64,000 nucleotides of DNA from the human T2T-CHM13v2.0 reference genome, Homo sapiens: the NCBI RefSeq assembly GCF_009914755.1, contig NC_060933.1. One strand, given 5' to 3'. Positions 43,520 to 64,000 of this stretch are shown piece after piece (the stretch's first letter is position 1; each line of letters starts with the position of its first letter). A program made the translations under genes and the position numbers. A model generated the notes under the pieces. It saw only the letters and a list, made by a program, of their open reading frames with translations. It made no database searches and was not told the DNA's origin.

Positions 43520-44500
43520 TAGTGACTTGAGTACAGTTCTCTTAAAGGCCCCCTCTGACCCCCACCAAAATAAGCAAAGGGATAAAAAAATAGCAATTCT
43601 GCACTGGCATTGAGAGCTCAGGAAAGTTGTTGGTCACATTCCTCAAACTTTGAGAACTTTCTCATAGAAAGAAAAGAGCTGGACTGGAGGGAGGGAAGTT
43701 ATCAGACATAGGAAATCCTGGCAGTTGTCTTGTCTGAGGGAAGGAGAACTGCAGGCACAGGCAGACAGAGCTACAGAGAGGAAATACTGCACTTAGCATT
43801 CCACCCACAGCTGCAGATTGACAACATTCCAAAAGCAGTTTGCAGAGGTGCTACCAAGAACGCTCAGACAGTGAGACTTTTCCATGATGCATGGGCAACA
43901 GCAGAAGGCAGGAGGCAGGAAGGGCACATGTGCCCTTGCAGTGACCAAGACAGAGAAAGCCGGAGATAGACACTGAGTTCTCAGCATGGCAGGAGCATCC
44001 AACACAGATGAAGGTAGGATAGGATCCCTCCCTCTTCAGGGCGCCACAGCAGAGAACTGGCAAAATTGCTAACCTAGCTTAGGATCTGAAAGGAGGCATC
44101 TAGCAGCCAAACAATGAAGGGAAAAACAGATGAGAGAAAATCAGGAATGATCCACTCATTCTGTTTATGAGAAAACATCAGTCTTGTATAAAATGTATCC
44201 TCCTTTGACTTCACTGAACAGAGATAGAACCAAAATGGAAACAGTGAAAAGTTGCTGCAAAATAAAAGGAGGAAAACATCACTCAAGTTTCAGAAGAAGT
44301 GCTTATTTTTAGAAAAACTTTACTGAAGCAAAGAGAAGAAACAAAATTAAGGAGTACCTGCTTGGAATTTAAAATGCTGACTAATACAGCTTTCACCAAC
44401 ATGCTCATAAAGACAATAAAAAAGCAAACACACAACCAAACAGCCTTAAAAGATAAAAATGAGAAATAATGTTTCAAATTATGAAATGTATTGGCCCTAT
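43520..44500 (+). mobile_element. Very old L1 5'UTR/ORF1-like remnant
   Basis: A-rich degenerate ORF1-like tract (CTTGGAATTTAAAAT..); weak. Confidence 0.35.
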
Positions 44501-44959
44501 AAGACACATGAGATGGACTGAGAAAAACGTAACCATACTTAAGTGCAAGTCACGGACCAATATTGCTTTTTGCAAAAAGGAGACCTAAAAATAAATAGAA
44601 TGATACTTTGTGTCTTCTCTATAGTGTTAGAATGAGATAATCAGGATCTCAGGAAAACAGGAAATGGACAGGGGGCTCTCTCTGCTCTATACTGTATTTA
44701 GAATCAGGCAACATTGTATTCCTTTCCCCGTGTTCATCTATCTTCCCATCCTGACCTTCTCTATTTCTTCAGGGAAGAAAGGAATGGGTTGGAAACAGGG
44801 CAGGAATGGAAAGATCAGTAGGAATGACAGCAACACTGCATGCTTGGAAATGCAAGACCTCTAAATAATGCCGTAAATTTTAGGGCTGCAGTAGGAAGGA
44901 GAAGAGCACAACAATGAACGTGAGAACTGCAGTCTAAATGCAAGGCTGATAAATAAGGA

Positions 44960-45200
44960 ACTCAGTGTGGTATTTAGGAGGGGAGGCCCAGGAACCAGAC
45001 TCCCAGTGCAAGAATCCTGAATCTGCTACTAATTAGGTGACCTTGAAGATCATTCCCTGGTTTTCCATCAATAAAATGGGGAGAGTAATAGTACTTACCT
45101 TGCAGAGTTATTGTGAGAATTAAAAGAAGTCATATATGTCAAATGCTTAGGCAGGCCCCCGCGTGTAAGTGTTACACAAATATTATTATTGTTATTACTA
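44960..45200 (+). mobile_element. MIR
   Basis: GTGACCTTG..CATC..TAAAATGGGGA..TAATAGTAC.TACCT..AGAGTT.TTGTGAG.ATTAAA. Confidence 0.75.
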
Positions 45201-45968
45201 TATCTATTTTTCTTTAAAAGGAGAAAAGTGGTTGGGCAAAGGAAAAGATATTACACTGCTAGAAAAGAGTGCATTATATCAAGACTTCCTAATTTTATAC
45301 ATCAATACAATTTCAAATTAAAGTTTAGGACTCAGCAATGAGTTGTCATTTATTTTATTTTACAAGTAAACATAATTTTAAAAGTAACAACAAATTGCTA
45401 AGAATTTAACAAAAGTATGGAAAAACTATCTCAAATAAAGAATTGTACTTTAAATTGAATTAATATCTTCCTACTACATTGCCTGCATTTTTTTCAATAT
45501 ACAGATGGACCAGTGAACGCTTCCTCTCAAATGAGCATTAAAGTCTAGAGTTTGTGATCTGTTGCAAAAAGTGAAAAACTGCTAATAAATGAGAAGTAGA
45601 CTGGGAAGTATGCTCATCAACTTGCCTACTAGTTATAGATATAAAGAAGGGCTATACTCACCATACAAAGGCCGAAAGGGAACCAAGACAAACCATTTTT
45701 GCTGAGGTTAGCACGGCCCATCCATGTCAAGGGCTCTTAATAGCAGAGAAAAGTAAACATGTATCTGAAGGAAGAGAGGGACACAAACCCAAGTGAGCTG
45801 ATTACCAGATGAAGGTACAGTATAAAGAGAATGAACATTAACATAGAAAATACTGCTGCGTAAAAAAACTGCGGGGAGTAACAGAAGAAACATACTTCTG
45901 AAAATAAAACCTCCAACATAGCCAAAATGTATGTTTGTTTGTTTGTTTGTTTTCCCAAGGTTACTTTC

Positions 45969-50263
<4,295 letters not shown>

Positions 50264-50325
50264 ATGTATGTTAATGCAGTGAGAGGAATGCAGTCTGTCA
50301 ATTATATATATACAATACATATATA

Positions 50326-50770
50326 TAGTCAATCCTCATTATTCACAGATTCTGTATTTGCAAATTTCTCTACTCACTAAAATCTATTTGTAACCTTATA
50401 ATTAATACCCAACAGTGTTTTCACACTCATTCAAACACAAATGGCAAAAAATTTGAGTCACTGGACTTGCACGTTCTTAAGTGAGATCAAGCAAAGCAAT
50501 GCTCTGCCTTCTTGTTTCAGCTATCATAATGTAAACGTGTCCTTTTGGGGGTACATTTCATGGTACATTCTTCATTTTTCTTGTGTTTTTGTTTTTGTTC
50601 GTGATTTCCCTGTTTAAAATGGCCGCTAAGCATTATGCTAAAGCACTGTGTAGTGTTTCTATTTGCAAGAAGGTTGTGGTGTGCCTTATAGAGAAACATG
50701 GGTGGTAGATTAGCTTCGTCCAGGCATGATACAGTGCTTATTGGCTTTGAGTTAAATATTAATGAATTAT
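50326..50770 (+). mobile_element. MER82-like Tigger MITE fragment
   Basis: (C)AGTCAATCCTCATTATTCACAGATTCTGTATTTGCAAATT start after TA. Confidence 0.7.
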
Positions 50771-50992
50771 ATATGGATATAGATATTATATATGGCTATA
50801 ATATATATCAGATATATATGCTTATATATAAGGATACATATGCTTATATATAAGGTATATATGCTTATATATGATATATAAGCATATATACATACATAGA
50901 TATAGATATATATCTTATATATATCTTATGTATATTACATGCATATATAATCTATGTGAATATATTTTATATATAGAACATATATATATGAT
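50768..50992. repeat. TA-rich low-complexity tract with tandem ATATGCTTATATATAAGG units
   Basis: Three near-copies at about 50815-50872 within (TA)n-like sequence. Confidence 0.85.
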
Positions 50993-51114
50993 AATTCAAG
51001 AGCATGTATCTTGTTTATCCTGTGGCATGGCACGTCCAAGGCACAATTGCACATCCAAGTCATGTTTCTGTATATCCTCCTCAGGGGCACATGCACTGAT
51101 AGAATAAAGGACAT

Positions 51115-51661
51115 TGTGACCCTTAATTTTATGAGTCAACTTGACTGGGCTAAAGGATGCCTAGTAGCTGGTAAAACTATTTCTAAGCATTTCTGTGAGG
51201 GTGCTTACCAGAAGAGATTTGAATTGATAGGCTGGGTAAGACTATCCACCCTCCCCACTGTGCATGGGCATCATCCAATCTATTGAGGAACCGAATAGGA
51301 CAGAAAGGCTGCGGAAAGGCAAATTCTGTCTCTTTTTGAGCAGGAACATCCATTTTCTCTTGCCCCAGGACATCAGAGCTCCTGGTTCCCAGGCTTTTGG
51401 ACTCTGGGACTTATATCAGCACCCCAATCCCCTTTTCTCAGTCTTGCAGCTTCAGACTAGAACTTAAACAATTGACTTCCCTGGTTCTCAGGCCTCTGGA
51501 CTCAACTGAATCATACCACTGGCTTTACTAGGTCCTCAGCTTGCCAATGTCATATCATGGGACATCTTGGCCTCCATAATCTCATGAGCCAATTATAATA
51601 AATCTCCTTATATTTATATATATTCTATTGGTTCTGCTTCTCTGGAGAACTGTCTAATACA
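51115..51661 (+). mobile_element. MLT2B-like ERVL LTR
   Basis: TGTGA..TTAATTTTATG.GTCAACTTGACTGGGCTAA ... TCTCTGGAGAAC..TCTAATACA. Confidence 0.85.
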
Positions 51662-52534
51662 TATGTGATCTAAAATTTCTGAATTATTAAATAATCAAAT
51701 AAAAGATATCTACATATGTGCATAATATAGAAAGAAACTATTTTTAAAATGTAAAATATAAATCAAAATAATGAAAGCAAGGTAAAATAAAATCTAATTA
51801 TAACTGTAAATGGGGTAATTTAGTTATATTTCAAGAGCAAAAACTCTCTGGCATGGGCAAAAAAACTAATTCCAATTATAAGCGTTGGATATTGAGAAAG
51901 AAAAGTGTTTTTGATGGACTAAAATTTAAAGGATGGGCAGTCAAATATCAGAAAATACAGGTTAAAAAAAATTGCTAGAATAGAATGTTCTAGAAATCAA
52001 AGCAAAACTTATTAAAAAGATGGAAAACATATTTGACAAAGTGCATAAATGAAGATAAAGATATAATAGCTATGAATAATAAATTTGGCAACAAAAAGTC
52101 TTAAAATATAAAGCAAGAATTGTTAAAGATTAAAGAATAAATATAAATTTTTAAATGGGATATAGAATATCTAATTTATGGGATTAAAGTTCTTCTTATA
52201 GCCACATATTGAAATGTAAGTCTACAAGTAGAAAATGCAACCCTTCTCACAGGTTTATGAAACATTTATAAATGTTAATTATAAGCTCCCAAGAAGAGCT
52301 TAATACATTTTAGGATTTTACAAGCCAATTCTATCTTAAGAATGCAATAAAACTGAGAATCAATAATGAGGAATATTAATAACCCAGTCACTTGGAATAG
52401 TAACAATGTTATTGTAAATAATTTTTAATATAAAAGAAAATTTTTTAAACTTTGTTTTTAAATAGCCAAAATAAAACCAGTACATGTACTAGTTCACAGG
52501 ATCCAGTCAAAAGTTGTGACAAGAAGAAAAATTC

Positions 52535-53035
52535 ACAATGGAATATTATTCAGCCATAAAAAAGAATTTAATCCTCTCATTTGCAGCAACATGAATGGAA
52601 CTGGAGGTCATTATTTAAGTGAAATAAGCCAGGTACAGAAAGACAAAAATTGGATGTACCATCTCCTATATGGGAGCTAAAAAAGTTTATCTCAAGGAAG
52701 TAGAAATTAGAATGGTGCTTACCAGAGGCTGGGAAGTATGGGGGAGAGGGGAGATAGAGAGAGACTGGTTAATGGTTGCAAAAATACAGTTAGAAATAAG
52801 TAAGTTCTAGTGTTCAATAGTACAGTACAAGGACTATAGTTATCAATAATATACTGTATATTTCAAAATAGCCAGAAGAGAAGATGTGGAATGTTCTCAA
52901 CACAAATAAATGATAAATGTTTGAGGTGATAAGTATCTCAGTTACTCTGATTTAATCAGTGCACATTGTATGAATGTATCAAAATATCACATATGCCCCA
53001 TAAATATGTAAAATTGTATATCAATAAAAAAAGAC
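52535..53035 (+). mobile_element. L1MA 3' end nested in decayed L1 ORF2 (about 51780-53930)
   Basis: CAATGGAATA.TATTCAGCCATAAAAAAG, GGAACTGGAGGTCATTAT, ATAAATGTTTGAGGTGAT. Confidence 0.85.
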
Positions 53036-53370
53036 TAATCTTCTATCATTGCAAAAGAGAATGGAAATAAATAAGCTAATTATTTAGTTCTAGAAGCTAG
53101 AAATGAGAAATCAGAATCCTGGCAAAATATGAAGAAGAAATAGATATAGATATAGATAAATATAAAATTAATTAAAAACAATAAATATATTGATAAATCC
53201 ATCTGAAAGCTATTTCTTGAAAAAATAATAAAATATAGGATACACAAGGAAATTAAATTAGAAACAGGTAGGGATTATAATCCAAAATATAAAAGACACC
53301 TATGCAATAAAATGGCAAATATGCCAGGCTAATAAATTTGAAATTGTTAACAAAATAGATTTTTTAAAAA

Positions 53371-53670
53371 TTGTATTATTTATTTATTTTGAGACAGAGT
53401 CTCGCTCTGTCACCCAGGCTGGAATGCAGTGGCACAGTCTTGGTTCACTGCGACCTCTGCCTCCTGAATTCAAGCGACTCTCCTGCCTCAGCCTCCTGAG
53501 TAGCTGGGATTACAGGTGTGCGCCACCATGCCTGGCTAATTTTTGTATTTTTAGTAGAGACGGCATTTCACCATGTTGGTCAGGCTGGTCTCGAACTCCT
53601 GACCTTGTGATCTGCCTGCCTCAGCCTCCCAAAGTGCTGGGATTACAGGTGTGAGCCACTGCGCCTGGCC
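53371..53670 (-). mobile_element. AluS
   Basis: Antisense dimer; TSD about AAAATAGATT. Confidence 0.92.
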
Positions 53671-53937
53671 TAAAATAGATTATTTTAATAAATATATACA
53701 TATATATATATATATTGCACCATTCTTAATGTTGACAAGATTAGAACCATCTAATGAACCTGGAGAGAAATGTAATTAGTCCTAGGCCTAGATGGTTTTA
53801 TTTCTAATTTCTTTTTAAATTTTTAAAGAAATATAGGGCCTCAAAAAAAAACCTTAGGAGATTTTCCAGATTATTATATAAGATGAACATTATCCTGGCA
53901 TAAAATATAGAAAATAATAAAATTCAACAAAGCAATA

Positions 53938-54294
53938 CAGGTTGAGCATCCTTAATCCAAACATTCAAAATCCAAAATGCTCCAAAATTCAAACTTTTTG
54001 AGCACTGACATAATACTACAAGTGGATAATTCCACACCTGACCTCACGTGATACATTCCAGTCTAAAGGCAGTCAAAATTTTGTTTCATGCATGTTATTT
54101 AAAATATTGCATAAAATTTCTTTCAGGCTATGTGTATAAGGTGTATATGAAACAGAAAAAAATTATGTGCTTAAACTTGGGCCCTGTCTCCAAGATATTT
54201 TATTATGTATATGCAAATATTCCAAAATCCAAAATATATCTGAAATATGAAACACTTCTGGTCCCATGCATTTTGGATAAGGGATACTCAACCT
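53938..54294. mobile_element. Tigger4/MER46-like MITE
   Basis: TIRs CAGGTTGAGCATCCTTAATCCAAA / TTTGGATAAGGGATACTCAACCT. Confidence 0.85.
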
Positions 54295-55167
54295 CTCCAT
54301 GAATCTCATAAGAAAATAGGCATTAAATACACCAAATAAAACACAGGTAAATCATGTAGTAACTTGTGGCAGACCAACTGTCCCAAAAAGAACAATTGGA
54401 AATGGATTGTATATTTTTAAAAGTCTGTTTGAAGGCTTCAGTGAGTTTGTTAAGTTTATTAATCTAGGCTTTAAAGGCCAATATCCTGAGCAGGGAAGAA
54501 TCTGAGAAGTAAGCTAGCATTCTTTGTATTTCTTTTCTCCTTGTGGTATTTGTCAACTCTTGGCATAAGAGAAACACCCCTCCAAACCCCCCAACCCACC
54601 AAAAAACAGATAACAAATCAAATGAGGCCACCAGAGGAACACTTTCGGAAATTTTGTAGGACTGGAAGTACAAAAATTGTAGATTGGGGCTTCCAAGTCA
54701 GCCAGAATTTTATCAGTAAATATCTTAGAAGAGTGGTGCAGAAAAGTGAGCTTTATATTTTGCTTTTTTTTTTTTTTTTTTTTTTACATCAAGACACCTG
54801 CCAATTATTTAAGCTAGGCAAAGGCAGAATAAAATAAGCTAACTGGAAAATCTCTAAAAAATCAAAGCAAAACTTGACAGTGCTAAAGAAACAAAAATTT
54901 TGAATTCAAGACATTTAAAGAAAGAGAGGTTCCAGTATGTATCTTCAAATCTCCATTGGTTCCCCTGGAAAACTATATCCTAGGAATCAGGTTAAACCAG
55001 AGACCAACCAAACTTTACAAAAATTGCAATCCAGTTTTAGATAAATGTAATCCTTGATGGATTTACGGTAATATACCCCATAGGAATTGTCCCAAGCGTG
55101 ATGAACTTTCTCTGTTCAATGTAAACTTATTTAGAACATCTACCTCTTTGTAAGTGAAATAACTGGA

Positions 55168-55455
55168 TTTTTTTTTTGAGACAGAATCTTGTTCTGTCAC
55201 CAGGCTGAGTGCAGTGGAGTGATCTCCGCTCACTGCAACCTCCGCCTCCCGTGTTCAAGTGATTCTCCTGTCTCAGCCTCCTGAGCAGCTGGAACTACAG
55301 GTGTGTACCACCACACCCAGCTAATTTTTGCATTCTTAGTAGAGACGGGGTTTCACCATGTTGGCCAGGATGGTCTCCATGTCTTGACCTCGTGATCCAA
55401 CTGCCTTGGCCTCCCAAAGTGCTGGAATTACAGGCCTGCGCCACTGTGCCTGGCC
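55168..55455 (-). mobile_element. AluSc-like
   Basis: GGATGGTCTC.AT.TCTTGACCTCGTGATC diagnostic. Confidence 0.9.
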
Positions 55456-55700
55456 TGGAATTCAATTTTTTAAATGTCAGCTATATCAAGGAACAGGACC
55501 AAAAAAAAGTAGACAAGAGATATGCACTGTCAATTCACTGTACTTACCAGACATGAAACTCTAATTAATAGCTCAAGAAAATTGATGACAAGATGGAGAA
55601 TTTCACCAAAAATACTGTATCTATAAAAAATTCAGTAGCAATTCCAGAACTAAAAATAATGTGGTAATGAAAACTAAGAACTTGATTTAAAAGTTGACTA

Positions 55701-56070
<370 letters not shown>

Positions 56071-56584
56071 TCAAGAGAGTTATAAAGAGCAAAACAAACA
56101 GAAAACACATAAACTAGCCTAAGGGATAAACGGAACATGATAAAAATATTGAATATATTTTAAAATTAATTATCAGAAGGAGAGTAGAAAAAGAATCAAA
56201 TAGAAATGAAAAGATAACGTCAATACATTTTCCAAAACCCACTAAAGGAATTAAACCACACATTCAAGAAGCACTAAGAATAGCAACATTTAAATAAAAC
56301 ACACACACTTCAGCCTATCAGCATAAAACTAAGAACAAATACAAAATACATTTTTAAGATTTTTAAGAGAAAAGAACAACATTAACTTCAAATGAACAAA
56401 CAAGATTTACGACTAAATTCCCACCAAAACAATGGGAGCCATAAAGGCAATGGAATAACTTTCTATAAGAGCTGAAGGAAAATTTACTGCCCACCAGAAT
56501 TCTATGCCTAGAAAAAAGCTCCTTCATAAGTAAATAAATGAAATACAAACTGAATGACTTTTATTATCATATTCCAGAATAGAC

Positions 56585-61900
<5,316 letters not shown>

Positions 61901-61904
61901 TAAG

Positions 61905-63170
61905 AAAAACCTCTTCCAAACAATAAAAGAAGAGGAAACACTTCCAAATGTATTTTATGAAGCTAACATCACCTGATTGATACCAGAGCCAGACAAGAAC
62001 ACAATAAAAAGATATAAAAGGAAAACTACAGGCCAATATCCCTGATGAAAACAGATGCAAAAATTCTCAATAAAATACTAGCAAAGTGAATTAAACTGCA
62101 CACTAAAAGGATTATATACCATGACCAGTGGAATTCATCCCTGTGATGCAAGGACAGTTCAATATATGTAAATCAATGTATTATACCACATTGACAAAAT
62201 GAAAGGAAAAATATCACAAGATTATGTCAATAGATACAGGAAAAGTATTGGACAAAGTTTGGCATCCATTCATAATTAAAGCTTCAACAAAATAAGTACA
62301 AAAAGAACTTTCCTCAACACAATTATAGCCATATATAAAATGCCCATGGCTAACATTATAATCAAATGTGGAAAAACTGAGAGCTTTCCCTCTAATATCT
62401 GGCACAAGGCAAAGATGCTCACTCTCACGACCTCTACTCAACATAGTGCTAGAAGTCATAGCTAAAGTAATTAGAAAATAAAAAATAATCAAAGGCATCT
62501 AATTGAATAAGAAGTATAATTATCTCTTTGCAAATGACATGATCATATATGTAGAAAACCCTAAAGACACAATAATTTTTAGAACAAATAAATGAATTCA
62601 GTAGATTTGCAAGATACTATTTCAACACACAAAATCAGTTGCATTTCTATACCCAAACAATAAACTATCCAAAAAAGAAGAAAACAATTTCATTCACAAT
62701 AGCAACAAAAAGAATAAAATACTTAGAAATAAACTTAACCAAGGAGGTGAAAAAGAAAATTATAAAGCGCTGATGAAGGAAATTAAAGACACTGAAAATT
62801 ATAAAGCATCGAGGAAGAAAATTAAAGACATATATAAATGGAAAGATTTCCCATGGCCATAGATTGGGAAAAAATAATATTCTTAAATGTCCATACTGCC
62901 CTAAGTGATTTACTGATTCAATGCCATCCCTATCAAAATCCCAATGTCAATCTTCATAGAAGAAAAAATAACATTTCCAAAATGCATATGGAACCACAAA
63001 ATACCCCAAATACCCAAAGCAATCATTAGAAAGAACAAAGTTGGAGACATCACACTTCTTTATTTTAAAGTATATTACAAACCTACGGTAAACAAAACAG
63101 CATGGTACTGGCATAGAAACAGACATATAGACCAATAGAACAGAACAGAAAACCCAGAAATAGAATAGAG
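61905..63170 (+). mobile_element. L1M/L1MA ORF2 RT-region fragment
   Basis: AAAACTACAGGCCAATATCCCTGATGAA; TTTGCAAATGACATGAT; ORF 62944-63138 [14 protein letters not shown]. Confidence 0.85.
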
Positions 63171-63808
63171 AACCCAATGCATGGGTTCCTCCCAAAAGAA
63201 AATATAAGATGTTGAGTAAACATGTAAAAAACTTATCATCATAAATTATAAGGAAAATGCAAACTAAAGCACAATTACATACCACCAAACAACACCCACC
63301 AGTATTGTGAAGTTAAATTAACTGACATTATCAAATGTTGATGCAGATATGGAGGGAAAGGAACCCTCACATGCTGTCTGTAAGAATGTAGAGTAGTATA
63401 ACCACTGTGGATGATTCTTTGATGGGGCATCTCCTAACTCTGAATGTGCACTTGATGACCAGCAGTTCCACTCCTAGATCATATTTAACACAAGAAGAAA
63501 TCTTGGGAGGACACACCCCACCAGATACATATGTGCAAGTATGTGGTATACATATGAGCACAAAAGACAAGAACATAGCAACATTGTTACAATATCTAAA
63601 ATTTGGACATAACCCAAATACTCACCAATAATAAAATCAGTTTAGTTATTTGTCACATATTCATATCATAGAATAGTAGGAAAATGAAAGAGTAACTACT
63701 TCACACAACTACATGGATCCATTTCACAAAATGTGAGGAAAATAAGCCAAAAATAAAAGAGTGTAATTTTATTTTCTTTCTCTCTGGCTCAAAAATAGGC
63801 TAAAACTA

Positions 63809-64000
63809 GTCAGGCGTGGTGGCTCACACCTGTAATCCCAGCACTTTGGGAGGCTGAGGCAGACAGATCACCTGAGGTCAGTAGTTCAAGACCAGCCTGG
63901 CCAACATGATGAAACAAAAGATACAAAAATGTACCAGGTATTGGTGGTGCTGTGGTGGGCGCCTGTAATTCCAGCTACTTGGGAGGCTGAGGCAGGAGAA
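63809..64000 (+). mobile_element. Alu running off the window end
   Basis: Left arm, partly deleted linker, start of right arm. Confidence 0.9.

Overview
This is primate, very probably human, non-coding genomic DNA, made up overwhelmingly of nested transposable-element fossils: LINE-1 of many ages, about 17 Alus, ERV1 solo LTRs (including an LTR12/ERV9), MaLR/ERVL LTRs, MIR/L2 and Tigger/hAT MITEs. I can support no host protein-coding gene, intact RNA gene or CRISPR array. The only ORFs resembling real proteins are broken L1 ORF1/ORF2 pieces. The interesting signal lies in insertion anatomy, read from target-site duplications (TSDs). (i) An L1PA at 17540-18914 carries an inverted 32-nt U2 snRNA fragment at its 5' junction inside one 16-bp TSD, a candidate two-RNA twin-primed chimera. 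(ii) An L1PA at 22755-24522 combines a 5' inversion with a hidden ~0.5-kb 3' transduction. (iii) A 4.3-kb L1PA has a double tail with a 15-nt transduced tag. (iv) There is a ~91%-identical short local duplication 2 kb apart. Subfamily names come from recalled consensus sequences, and boundaries of old elements are approximate.
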